Positions 50,061-59,061 of a DNA stretch of 60,471 nt are shown here, one piece after another. The stretch lies in IMG/VR virus record IMGVR_UViG_3300028025_003339, positions 1-60,471 of that record; one strand, given 5' to 3'. Below the pieces are notes generated by a model that was not told the origin of the DNA, made no database searches, and saw only the letters and a program-made list of their open reading frames with translations. Source of the DNA: a virus (taxonomy: Duplodnaviria; Caudoviricetes). Both the position numbers and the translations under genes were made by a program. The number at the start of each line of letters is the position of its first letter. Positions within the stretch are counted from its first letter, which is position 1.

Positions 50061-50459
50061 ATGTCAAAAGTAGTAAAATTAACACAATCAGATATTGAAA
50101 ACATTGTAACTAATATCGTGAATGAACAAGAAACGGGAACATACCAATTACCTGATGGTGAGATTACATACGATACTCCGGAAGATGAAGATTTTAGTGC
50201 TGAACTTGACGAGGTTGAGTTTGTCGGTTCAGATGAGAAAGATTTTAGTGCTGAACTTGACGAGGTTGAGTTCCTTAATTCTGATGAAAATGAACCGATG
50301 GATGAACCAACAGACGAACCAACAGATGAACCGATGGATGAACCAACAGACGAACCAACGGGTGAACCTGCAGGAGTTGCGTTAGGAATTGGACAAGACG
50401 GATTTCTTTATGCGATTGATGCAAAAACAATGTCAGTTGTATCTCGAATTAAAATGTAA
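50061..50459 (+). CDS. Acidic repeat-containing protein
   Basis: KVVKLTQSD N-terminus; DFSAELDEVEF x2, EPMDEPTDEPT x2; TATTTATA upstream. Confidence 0.7.
   Translation: MSKVVKLTQSDIENIVTNIVNEQETGTYQLPDGEITYDTPEDEDFSAELDEVEFVGSDEKDFSAELDEVEFLNSDENEPMDEPTDEPTDEPMDEPTDEPTGEPAGVALGIGQDGFLYAIDAKTMSVVSRIKM
50190..50359 (+). repeat. Two recent intragenic duplications (51-nt and 36-nt period)
   Basis: Exact ~32-nt copies at 50190/50241 and at 50292/50328. Confidence 0.8.
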
Positions 50460-50480
50460 ATTAAATTATAATATTAAACG

Positions 50481-50508
50481 TCCCCGAAGAAATTCGGGGA
50501 TTTTTTTT
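50481..50508 (+). terminator. Intrinsic terminator
   Basis: TCCCCGAA-GAAA-TTCGGGGA + T8. Confidence 0.8.
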
Positions 50509-50536
50509 GCTATTTAAAATATTATATGTATATTTG
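50506..50536 (+). promoter_or_regulatory. Bacteroidota sigma70-type promoter
   Basis: TTTG-N19-TATATTTG. Confidence 0.7.
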
Positions 50537-50540
50537 TTTT

Positions 50541-51014
50541 ATGAAGAAAACAGATTACAAAATATATTGTGATATGGACGGAGTCTTGGTCGACTTCGAT
50601 AAGGGTTATTTTAAATTAACCGGCCATAAATTAGATGGTATACATCGAGAAGACGTAGGGTTTTGGAACCCGATTAATGACGCGGGTAAACCTTTTTGGG
50701 TTGATTTAGAATGGATGAGTGATGGTAAACGTTTATGGGATTATATTAAAAAATATAAACCAAAATTATTATCGGCACCATCAAGACAAGACGATTCAAG
50801 AGTTGGTAAACACGAATGGGTTGAAAGGGAATTACCTGGTGTTCCGTTATTGTTAAGAAGTGCCAAAAATAAAAAAGATTTCGCCACACCAAAATCAATT
50901 TTAATTGATGATAGATTGGATAATATTCAAGGGTGGAGAGATGCTGGAGGTATTGGTATTCATCATGTTAGTACAAAACACACTATTGACCAATTAAAGG
51001 TTTTAGATTTATAA
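50541..51014 (+). CDS. HAD 5'(3')-deoxyribonucleotidase-like protein
   Basis: YCDMDGVLVDF, LSAP, LIDD. Confidence 0.8.
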   Translation: MKKTDYKIYCDMDGVLVDFDKGYFKLTGHKLDGIHREDVGFWNPINDAGKPFWVDLEWMSDGKRLWDYIKKYKPKLLSAPSRQDDSRVGKHEWVERELPGVPLLLRSAKNKKDFATPKSILIDDRLDNIQGWRDAGGIGIHHVSTKHTIDQLKVLDL

Positions 51015-51023
51015 ATTATTTTT

Positions 51024-51266
51024 ATGTTATTCAAATACACAATTAGTTTGGAGGTTGAAGTAGAGTTCGAAGCACCATTGTTAGGTGCCGACAATACAAA
51101 ACACAAAAGAAAATATGTCGGATCGATTGCTAAGAAAACACTTCAAGAAATGGTAAGTCTTAATAGTACATCATTGATTGTTGATAGGAATATTGAGGAG
51201 GATAACTTTAATGGAACAATTAAAGGTCGAGCACATTTGGGAAAATCCGAAAAAAACAAATACTAA
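51024..51266 (+). CDS. Hypothetical protein
   Basis: 80-aa ORF. Confidence 0.55.
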   Translation: MLFKYTISLEVEVEFEAPLLGADNTKHKRKYVGSIAKKTLQEMVSLNSTSLIVDRNIEEDNFNGTIKGRAHLGKSEKNKY

Positions 51267-51267
51267 T

Positions 51268-51474
51268 ATGACTGAGACATTAAACATAGATTATCATAGA
51301 TGTAGATTGATTTTAAAATCATTAAACACATCTAAAACAATGAAAGAGGCGTCGTTAAAATGTGGTATCAGCGTAAGAACAATGCGTTTATGGTGTTTTA
51401 ACTACAACATTATAAAGACCAAAGATAAGAAGTATGAACGTAAAGCAATTACGTGGAACATATCAGAACAATAA
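51268..51474 (+). CDS. Fis-like HTH protein
   Basis: LILKSL...MKEASLKCGISVRTM. Confidence 0.6.
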   Translation: MTETLNIDYHRCRLILKSLNTSKTMKEASLKCGISVRTMRLWCFNYNIIKTKDKKYERKAITWNISEQ

Positions 51475-51759
51475 ATGAAAAAGTTAACTATATTTTTAAT
51501 GTTATCGGGAGTGTTAACATTAGAAGCTAAACCAAAGTATCGAATTGAGACTTGGGTTTTAGATGGATACACACAATACCTACCACAAAGAAAAGTTTGG
51601 GCTAAAACAAATTACTTTACATTACCTTATAAGGTATGGGAATCTGGTTCATACCCATTCCAACATAAAAAACAAGCAGAAGAGATTATTGAGAATTGGA
51701 AAAATGCTGAGGAGGCAAAAAAATTATATAATAAATCAGAATTTTATTATTATAATTAA
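51475..51759 (+). CDS. Secreted hypothetical protein
   Basis: Signal-peptide-like N-terminus. Confidence 0.55.
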   Translation: MKKLTIFLMLSGVLTLEAKPKYRIETWVLDGYTQYLPQRKVWAKTNYFTLPYKVWESGSYPFQHKKQAEEIIENWKNAEEAKKLYNKSEFYYYN

Positions 51760-51814
51760 ATAAAATTTGGTATTGTGATTATATTTCTCTATATTTTATT
51801 AAAAAGAATAACTC

Positions 51815-52909
51815 ATGTCTAAAATTAGAGATTTAAAAACCAATCCAGATAATTCAATAAACATCGTTAACATTGTGGAGATGTTTAGTCCCGACGCAAA
51901 ATCTAAGTATACCGATCTTTTACTTAGATTAATGAAGTCGACACCAAACCTAAAAGAACACACAAAAGAAATTAGGTCAGAAATTTTGAAGGAATATTCT
52001 TTCATCCCATCAACTAAGTTAGATGAATTTTCTGATTTACAAATAATGTTAATTTGGAAATTTATTGATGGATTTTTTGAATCAAAAGATTTACAAAATT
52101 TTAGAAAATTCTGTGAGTTAAATGAAAGAGGATTAGTTGCTCAGAACGACTTATCAAAATACAACACAATTGAAGAGGTGATGTCATCTTTAAGTATCGC
52201 TGAGATGGCTTTAGATATTAAATTACTTGAGAAGCAAACTAAAGTAGTTTATGAAGATGATGAGTGGTTATTAGTTAGACCACTAACATATGAATCATCT
52301 AAAAAGTATGGTGCAAATACGAAGTGGTGTACAACCCAAAGTGATAATCCTGAATATTTTTTAAAGTACTCCACTAAAGGTGTTTTAATCTATTGTATCA
52401 ATAAGAAGACCGGTTATAAAGTTGCTAGCTTTAATTCTTTAGATAAGAACGATCCAGAATTCTCATTTTGGAATCAGAAAGATTCTCGTATTGATTCATT
52501 ACAAACTGAATTAACAGACGAATTAAGAATTATTATTAAGAACGAATCTACAATCAAGGCTTATACCAACAGATATCTATTATCTGACGATGAACGTACA
52601 AAAGAGGATAAGATATATAGTAAATCTTCATTAAAGAATTACATTACAAGAAGTTCAGAGATTGACATGGTGGAACCTATCCCACCACCTACGGACACCG
52701 CTCGTGAACGTTACATTCGTAGAGCCTTAGAAAGGGCTAACTTGGAATATGATAACCAAGTTCAAGAAGAACCTGTTTCTGAACAAATGTTAGAGGAACG
52801 CGCAGAAGAAGAATCTTACGAAAATAGAGATAATATTGTATCAGAAGGACCCATCAATTATGGAGGGGATACAGATTCTAATATTAGAAATATCTTATAC
52901 GGAAATTAA
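51815..52909 (+). CDS. Conserved jumbo-phage hypothetical protein
   Basis: P.TYESSKKYGANTKWCT motif; acidic tail. Confidence 0.7.
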   Translation: MSKIRDLKTNPDNSINIVNIVEMFSPDAKSKYTDLLLRLMKSTPNLKEHTKEIRSEILKEYSFIPSTKLDEFSDLQIMLIWKFIDGFFESKDLQNFRKFCELNERGLVAQNDLSKYNTIEEVMSSLSIAEMALDIKLLEKQTKVVYEDDEWLLVRPLTYESSKKYGANTKWCTTQSDNPEYFLKYSTKGVLIYCINKKTGYKVASFNSLDKNDPEFSFWNQKDSRIDSLQTELTDELRIIIKNESTIKAYTNRYLLSDDERTKEDKIYSKSSLKNYITRSSEIDMVEPIPPPTDTARERYIRRALERANLEYDNQVQEEPVSEQMLEERAEEESYENRDNIVSEGPINYGGDTDSNIRNILYGN

Positions 52910-52934
52910 GTTATAGTTCGTAATATTTATTGGT

Positions 52935-53327
52935 ATGGAAATAGTATTTACATCAAGATTTTTAAAAGATTTAAAGGACATTAGGATGCCAAAACATAAA
53001 AAGGCAACCGATGAAGTCATTGAAACCATTAAAAATGCACCTGATTTTGTTAAACTACACGAACTATTAGATATTAAGAAATTAAACCCTGGATTGGGTG
53101 GATATCGTATTAGATACACAAACAACCCAGAATATAGAATTAGATTTGACATTTTAGAAGACGCGAGTGATAAATCAGTAAAGAAAGTGGAGTTACAAAG
53201 ATGTTTAACTCGTGAGGATTATGAGAAATATGCTCACAGAAAGATAAACGAATCAACCACACCTAAGTCACGTAAACAATTGATGGTTATAAGTGAATCT
53301 CAGTATAAAAGGTTATTTAAACTATGA
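52935..53327 (+). CDS. RelE/ParE-family toxin-like protein
   Basis: IVFTSRFLKDLK, IKKL...GYRIR...YRI pattern; TATTTATT upstream. Confidence 0.7.
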   Translation: MEIVFTSRFLKDLKDIRMPKHKKATDEVIETIKNAPDFVKLHELLDIKKLNPGLGGYRIRYTNNPEYRIRFDILEDASDKSVKKVELQRCLTREDYEKYAHRKINESTTPKSRKQLMVISESQYKRLFKL

Positions 53328-53485
53328 AAAAATGGACAATAATAACTTTAATTACCTTGTTTTTACTGTATGGCTTTGTATACCACACATTCATGATGTT
53401 TGCAATATTACTAGCTACGTTCGGGCTTGGGTATTTAATGTTAAGGGGAGGTTCCAACATTAGAGATTTATTTAAAGACTTATAA
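53324..53485 (+). CDS. Small membrane protein (not in ORF track)
   Basis: MKKWTIITLITLFLLYG...; ATGA overlap. Confidence 0.5.
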   Translation: MKKWTIITLITLFLLYGFVYHTFMMFAILLATFGLGYLMLRGGSNIRDLFKDL

Positions 53486-53487
53486 CT

Positions 53488-53718
53488 ATGAAATTACTTA
53501 TTACTGAATCACAATATACTAAAATACTATCGGAATATTACAATTCAGAACAGTTACATTCAAGAGAATATATTGTCAAAAGATTATCAAAAGGTCCAAA
53601 ATATATGAAGGAATATATTAAAAATTTACCTTATATTGATTGTACCAAAAATGGTGAACCTCACGTTTGTACCTATATTCCCGAAGTAGTTTATCAATTT
53701 TTATTTGGAGATTTCTAA
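53488..53718 (+). CDS. Hypothetical protein (KLLITESQ motif)
   Basis: 76-aa ORF. Confidence 0.6.
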   Translation: MKLLITESQYTKILSEYYNSEQLHSREYIVKRLSKGPKYMKEYIKNLPYIDCTKNGEPHVCTYIPEVVYQFLFGDF

Positions 53719-53722
53719 TTTA

Positions 53723-53754
53723 TTTGGTGGATTGATTTAATATCGATATATTTG
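53723..53754 (+). promoter_or_regulatory. Bacteroidota sigma70-type promoter
   Basis: TTTG-N20-TATATTTG. Confidence 0.7.
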
Positions 53755-53774
53755 TAAACCAAATCAACATTAAC

Positions 53775-54335
53775 ATGTCAAAAACATTAATCATCCACCC
53801 AAAGGATGACTCAACAACCTTTTTAGATATTGTCTATAAGGATGTACCAAATCAAACCCTTGTTCAAGGAGGTCTTAGTAAGTTAGAAATAATGAAACTA
53901 ATTGAATCACATGATAGGGTTATGATGATGGGACACGGGAGTCCGCATGGTTTATTCCATGTTGGTCAATTCTTTCATTGCGGACCTACATACGGGGGTT
54001 ACATCATCGATGAGACAATGGTATCATTATTAAAAGAAAAGGACAACAGCGTCTTTATTTGGTGTAATGCTGACCAATTTGTGGAGTACCATGGTTTAGA
54101 AGGTTTTTATAGTGGAATGTTCATTAGCGAGGTGGGTGAAGCAAACTATTGTGGGTTACCCGGTATGGACCAATCGGAGGTTGACGAATCAAATTACGCG
54201 TTTGTTAATATCATTTCAAAATACATTAATGAAGATAAGAATATCATTCACGAGAATGTTAAAAAAGAATATGGTATCTTGGCTGAAGAAAATCCAATTG
54301 CATTATACAACAATAATAGATTATATAAATCATGA
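53775..54335 (+). CDS. Hypothetical protein (possible His-Cys clan CD-like fold)
   Basis: MMGHGSP...FIWCNAD. Confidence 0.6.
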   Translation: MSKTLIIHPKDDSTTFLDIVYKDVPNQTLVQGGLSKLEIMKLIESHDRVMMMGHGSPHGLFHVGQFFHCGPTYGGYIIDETMVSLLKEKDNSVFIWCNADQFVEYHGLEGFYSGMFISEVGEANYCGLPGMDQSEVDESNYAFVNIISKYINEDKNIIHENVKKEYGILAEENPIALYNNNRLYKS

Positions 54336-54844
54336 TTACAGAAAAACTATACAAAGTACAATTGTTAGATGGTAAAGAAACCACTACACTTTACGAAACA
54401 AGACAAGATGCTCTAAGAGCACATCGTGGTAATGTGGCGAAACTTATTGAGGTTCTACCTAAAGCAACTAAAACAAAACCAGCACCGACCATTGACGAGT
54501 TGGTGATTGTTATTAGTGCACGTAGTAACGAAGATTTAGAGATATCTAAAGATTGTGGTTACGCGGTAATGTACAATTGCCCAAAGAGAGATAAGATTTA
54601 CGAAGGTATGAAATATCTTGAAGTGTCCGAGAATTACGTATTGGAGGCCACAATTACGAAGTTAGAGAAATACGAGAAGGGTGCACATCATCATTGGAAA
54701 GGACCCGGATATAAACCAGACAAGGTTTGGAAGTGGGCATTATTCCATAAAAATGGTAGAATTATCCCAAGAAAAAATGTGGAGGAAAGATATAGTAATC
54801 CACTAAAGGGAACCCAAGGAGGTATTAGTTATATTAAAATTTAA
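54332..54844 (+). CDS. Hypothetical protein
   Basis: ATGA-coupled ORF. Confidence 0.6.
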   Translation: MITEKLYKVQLLDGKETTTLYETRQDALRAHRGNVAKLIEVLPKATKTKPAPTIDELVIVISARSNEDLEISKDCGYAVMYNCPKRDKIYEGMKYLEVSENYVLEATITKLEKYEKGAHHHWKGPGYKPDKVWKWALFHKNGRIIPRKNVEERYSNPLKGTQGGISYIKI

Positions 54845-54847
54845 TTT

Positions 54848-55021
54848 ATGGATAATTTCCCAAAAGGACTTGCAAGATTTTTAAGTCTTGTGTCAGCATT
54901 TATCTTAGGTGCATATGTTACCCAAGAGTTTAGATTTGGTCAACCAGTTGAGTTTTATAGGTATTTTTTGACCTTTATGTTTGGTTGGATGTTTTATATT
55001 CAAGGTAATAAAAACGATTAA
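54848..55021 (+). CDS. Small membrane protein (not in ORF track)
   Basis: MDNFPKGLARFLSLVSAFILG... Confidence 0.5.
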   Translation: MDNFPKGLARFLSLVSAFILGAYVTQEFRFGQPVEFYRYFLTFMFGWMFYIQGNKND

Positions 55022-55022
55022 A

Positions 55023-55244
55023 ATGAAGAGATATTCAGGTTATTTAATTATTGGGTCTGAAACCAGATCGGTTGAGATTATTGCAGATACCGTCCATCCC
55101 GATTCAACGTGTGCAACAAGATTCCACAGGAAAATTAAAGTTCGTGGGGAGTATGGGGCACCCGAAACAGGATTTGAATTGGTGGCGCAGTATCCATCGG
55201 ATAGATTAGTTATCGATTCAATAGAAGAAATCGAGGAAGAGTAG
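55023..55244 (+). CDS. Hypothetical protein
   Basis: ATG start MKRYSG. Confidence 0.55.
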   Translation: MKRYSGYLIIGSETRSVEIIADTVHPDSTCATRFHRKIKVRGEYGAPETGFELVAQYPSDRLVIDSIEEIEEE

Positions 55245-55255
55245 TATTTATAGAT

Positions 55256-55780
55256 ATGTCCAAAACAATCAAAGTTACTAAAAGTCAATTAAAGCAAATG
55301 ATCAAAGAATCGTTAGCCATTAGAATTGACCCTAATCAATTACCTAAGTACACACAAGAAGTTGTGAAACTAATACATGATGGTAAGAAATTTGGTAACC
55401 AATTATTAAACATTATCAAGGATTTGAGTATCGGTGAGATTATTAACGACGCACAAAGATACCACAAAATGTTTACTGATGTTGAGGCAATGGCAAGTCA
55501 CTATTATAAGAAGTCCCACGAATATTATGATATTCATTCAGCACTTGAAGGTGACGAAGAAAATGAAGATGCAATTGAGGAATACTATCATTTGGTTTCG
55601 GATTTAGATACTGTTGCAACTGATTTGGATGACATGAAAGACATGTTTGAAAATATCATGGAGATGGTTACCGAAGCTGGCGGACAAATTAAAGACAAAA
55701 TTAATTATTTTGATAAACAATATCCAACACAAACAATAAATGTTGGTGAACCTAACAAAACAAATGAATATGAAAATTAA
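55256..55780 (+). CDS. Hypothetical, probably virion-associated protein
   Basis: KTIKVTKSQLKQMIKES; TATTTATA at 55245. Confidence 0.65.
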   Translation: MSKTIKVTKSQLKQMIKESLAIRIDPNQLPKYTQEVVKLIHDGKKFGNQLLNIIKDLSIGEIINDAQRYHKMFTDVEAMASHYYKKSHEYYDIHSALEGDEENEDAIEEYYHLVSDLDTVATDLDDMKDMFENIMEMVTEAGGQIKDKINYFDKQYPTQTINVGEPNKTNEYEN

Positions 55781-55973
55781 ATTAACTAAAACACAATTAG
55801 ATAAAATGATTTTGGAATCTCTTGATGAGAAAATTAAATCAGGTGTTGAAGAATCATTTGATGAGACTAGTCCTGAAGAGGATCTTTTTGCTCCAACTCC
55901 ACAAACAAAAGGAACAATTAGTATTGAAAAGTTACTTACGCCAGGAAGATTCTATAAAGGAGACGATGTCTAA
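55764..55973 (+). CDS. Hypothetical protein
   Basis: MKIKLTKTQLDKMILES. Confidence 0.55.
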   Translation: MNMKIKLTKTQLDKMILESLDEKIKSGVEESFDETSPEEDLFAPTPQTKGTISIEKLLTPGRFYKGDDV

Positions 55974-55998
55974 ACAAAAACTATTCTAATACGTATAT

Positions 55999-56027
55999 AA
56001 AACCCTTAATAAAATAAGGGTTTTTTT
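55999..56027 (+). terminator. Intrinsic terminator
   Basis: AAAACCCTTA...TAAGGGTTTT + T-run. Confidence 0.7.
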
Positions 56028-56063
56028 ATTTGTTTAAATCGATAAAATTATTTATATTTTAAC

Positions 56064-56375
56064 ATGAGATGTTATGGGTTTATTGAATATAAAAATAGTA
56101 TAGAATGGAATCTCTCTGATAAATTTTTATTGGATTCAGATTTTTTTAAAGATTGTAAACCCACAGGTTTACCCATTGATGTATCCGATAGTGTGTTAGA
56201 GTTTAACAAAGGTACGGCACACTTACACTCGTATCTCACATATAATCAATTTAAAACATTAATCGAAAAAAAAGAATTTGTTGAAATAAAATACCACATG
56301 ATTCTTAGTTTTATGAGATGTTTTGAGGAAGTCAAATGTCCCACCAGATTAGTATTCTGGTCGGTTTTAATATAA
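56064..56375 (+). CDS. Hypothetical protein
   Basis: C-terminal RLVFW. Confidence 0.55.
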   Translation: MRCYGFIEYKNSIEWNLSDKFLLDSDFFKDCKPTGLPIDVSDSVLEFNKGTAHLHSYLTYNQFKTLIEKKEFVEIKYHMILSFMRCFEEVKCPTRLVFWSVLI

Positions 56376-56376
56376 A

Positions 56377-57066
56377 ATGTCACAAGTAGTTGAAGCTTTA
56401 TTTGTCAGCGATTTACATTTAGGAAGTAAACATTCAAACGTCGATAAAATAATATCATTGTTAGATGATTATATACCAAAACATTTATTTTTAGTCGGTG
56501 ACATTATTGATGGTTGGATATTAAATTTAAAGTGGAACATAAAACATTCCATGGTTTTGGATAGAATCAAATATCTTTCTAATAATGGAACGAAGGTAAT
56601 ATGGATTCCTGGTAACCATGATAACTTTATGAGAGATTTCAAATCATTTGGAAACATTGAAATTCATAATGAGTATGTTTGGAACGAGACTTTAATTACC
56701 CACGGAGACCTTTACGATGGTATTGTGTGGATAAAGAGAATTACACCTAAATTAAGAATGGTTAAGTTTCACGAAGAACTTAACAAACGAGCAATCAAAT
56801 TAGGTTGTAAATCAATAATATGTGGACATATTCATAGGTCTGAAGACAAAGTGGTAAATGGGATTAGATACATTAACACAGGAGATTGGATTTATAGTAA
56901 TAGTTATGTAACTTTCAACGACGGAAAGTATATTCTACACAGACCAATAATAAAAAAGGTTCCTTATTATTTTGATTATTCAAAATTTTATTATAAATTT
57001 GGGTGTAAACAAGAACAAAATGGACAAATTCAATTACGTCATTGCGAGAAAGTGGTTCGACGATAG
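56377..57066 (+). CDS. LpxH-like metallophosphoesterase
   Basis: SDLHLG, GDIIDGW, GNHD, HGD, CGHIH, NTGDW. Confidence 0.8.
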   Translation: MSQVVEALFVSDLHLGSKHSNVDKIISLLDDYIPKHLFLVGDIIDGWILNLKWNIKHSMVLDRIKYLSNNGTKVIWIPGNHDNFMRDFKSFGNIEIHNEYVWNETLITHGDLYDGIVWIKRITPKLRMVKFHEELNKRAIKLGCKSIICGHIHRSEDKVVNGIRYINTGDWIYSNSYVTFNDGKYILHRPIIKKVPYYFDYSKFYYKFGCKQEQNGQIQLRHCEKVVRR

Positions 57067-57220
57067 TAATCAATTAAATTGTTACACCTATCACAATGAT
57101 GTCTTTTATGGAGACATTGAAGATGCCAGAAACACATTAGAGTTTATCAAAGGTAGAGCGGACGAAGATAAAAAACATCAATATCAAATCCACAAAATTA
57201 ATGATAGACCATTAAAATAA
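57020..57220 (+). CDS. Hypothetical protein
   Basis: ATG start MDKFNY. Confidence 0.5.
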   Translation: MDKFNYVIARKWFDDSNQLNCYTYHNDVFYGDIEDARNTLEFIKGRADEDKKHQYQIHKINDRPLK

Positions 57221-57224
57221 AAAT

Positions 57225-58229
57225 ATGACACCAAATCAGTACCACGAACTTCAAAGACAAGCCGATGTAATTGATGCACACAAAAAAAATAGTATGAAAT
57301 TTGATTTCGAACTAGAAGTGTGGACAATATCTAAGTTGTTAAATAAATTAGAGGAAGGTAAGTTTGTAAAGTTACCACACCAAAGACCATTAACACTTAA
57401 AAAGAATTCAGCTAAAAGATTTATTGAATCGGCACTTAATAAAGATTTGCTCGTACCTTTTACTTTTGCTGACATTCAATCAAGTTTTTCTTGCTCAATC
57501 GGTCATGAAGATATGACCTTCTTTAGAAAGTATCTAAATAAGGGTTTTGAATTGTCCATCGAGGATTGCCAACATAGAATGGCAAGTTTAGAATCAGTTA
57601 CAGATGATGATTTTGTTGATGAATTTGAAGGTAAGAAAGAAGAATTTTTAAATACAAAAGTTATCGTTCTTATTTTGAAACATGCAACAAAAGATGAATT
57701 GATTAGAAAGTTTGGTAGAGTTAATAGTGGTAAAACCGTTACTAACGATAACTTAATTTGGGGTGAGAATAATTCATTCAATGACTACATTAAAGAACGT
57801 TTTATTAATGATGATAGATTACTACGTCTATATAAAACGAAAAAGAAAAGTGAATCTATTGAAAGGATTTTATATGGTAATGTGTTGAAGATTATTAAGG
57901 TATGTTCATCTCACGATGGTATTATTAATTCATCAAGCACGGGTGCCGACCAGATGATGTCATTTGTTAAAGATAATATGGACACCACTCAATTTCAAAA
58001 CATCGTCGGGTTATTCGATATGTGGTATGAATACATCAAAGACAATCCAACTAAAGATTCATTTACAACTCAATCAAATCTATTCTTTATTTTACATATC
58101 TTAAATAAAAAAGAATTAGATATGAGTGAAGATAATGTTAATAATATTCTTGTAAGATTTACTGACTCTCGTTCAAGATCCGAATCAAGATACATTGAGA
58201 TTTTAAATACAATTGAGAATGAAGAATAA
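57225..58229 (+). CDS. DUF262/ParB-like (DGQQR-type) domain protein
   Basis: LPHQR, IEDCQHR, FGRVNSG correspond to the PxYQR / DGQQR / FxRxN motifs. Confidence 0.6.
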   Translation: MTPNQYHELQRQADVIDAHKKNSMKFDFELEVWTISKLLNKLEEGKFVKLPHQRPLTLKKNSAKRFIESALNKDLLVPFTFADIQSSFSCSIGHEDMTFFRKYLNKGFELSIEDCQHRMASLESVTDDDFVDEFEGKKEEFLNTKVIVLILKHATKDELIRKFGRVNSGKTVTNDNLIWGENNSFNDYIKERFINDDRLLRLYKTKKKSESIERILYGNVLKIIKVCSSHDGIINSSSTGADQMMSFVKDNMDTTQFQNIVGLFDMWYEYIKDNPTKDSFTTQSNLFFILHILNKKELDMSEDNVNNILVRFTDSRSRSESRYIEILNTIENEE

Positions 58230-59061
58230 TGAGATGCAACAACACCTCATTAAAATTTTTAATCGATATTCAATGAGGAAAGATGTTATCAATCGATTGG
58301 TTGTTAACACCGACACCTATGAATTCAGAGATGATGTGACAGAAGAAGGTCAATGGGTTTACTATAATTGGGTGTGTAAAGAATTAAAAGTAAAAGATAG
58401 AATTACTCGTTCACACGGAATGGATAGTGAATTGGCGTTATCAAAAAAGGTTGGTGGTCACGATGAAGAAACATTCTTTGAACGATTTGGTTATGTGGTT
58501 CAGAAAGGAACTAATAAAACTGATTTAACACTTAATGGAGAATCATTCGCCTCATTAAAGGGTGGAACAAAGATACAATATGGTATGCATGTTCTTAGTA
58601 AACTAATTCAAAGAGTTCAGGATTTATTTCGTGATTGGATTTCCACTTTTGAAGATAATTTCGTATCTTTAGAAGAAAGAAGAGAGTTTGCAAACATCAT
58701 CATTGATAAATTAAACGATAGGGATGAAAGATATTTTCTATTAAACTATTTTTTGAGAAAGGATGAGAACATACCTTTTCTAATTGTTAAGGATGTGTCC
58801 GATGGAATATACTATCGAATTAAATACGATACTTTAATTAACATCTTAGTTGATAACATTGAATTCTATACAACGAAAGATAAGGTTAAGATTGTTGCAA
58901 GAATTAATATGGGGGACAAGTCCGAAGTTGTTTTCGAATTTGAACCAAGAACAGATAAGAACAATGCTTTGTTAATGCACGGACAAAGCAAGGTAATAAT
59001 AAACGTGATTAAATATTTTAATATCAATGTCGAAGAAACTTATGAACAAGACCCCAATTAG
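58219..59061 (+). CDS. Putative PD-(D/E)xK restriction endonuclease-like protein
   Basis: GHDEE...KTD...ASLK spacing; adjacent to an MTase. Confidence 0.45.
   Translation: MKNNEMQQHLIKIFNRYSMRKDVINRLVVNTDTYEFRDDVTEEGQWVYYNWVCKELKVKDRITRSHGMDSELALSKKVGGHDEETFFERFGYVVQKGTNKTDLTLNGESFASLKGGTKIQYGMHVLSKLIQRVQDLFRDWISTFEDNFVSLEERREFANIIIDKLNDRDERYFLLNYFLRKDENIPFLIVKDVSDGIYYRIKYDTLINILVDNIEFYTTKDKVKIVARINMGDKSEVVFEFEPRTDKNNALLMHGQSKVIINVIKYFNINVEETYEQDPN

Noticed and set aside
50190-50359. CRISPR-like array
   Set aside because: Only two copies of each repeat, in frame within a CDS, and no cas genes.
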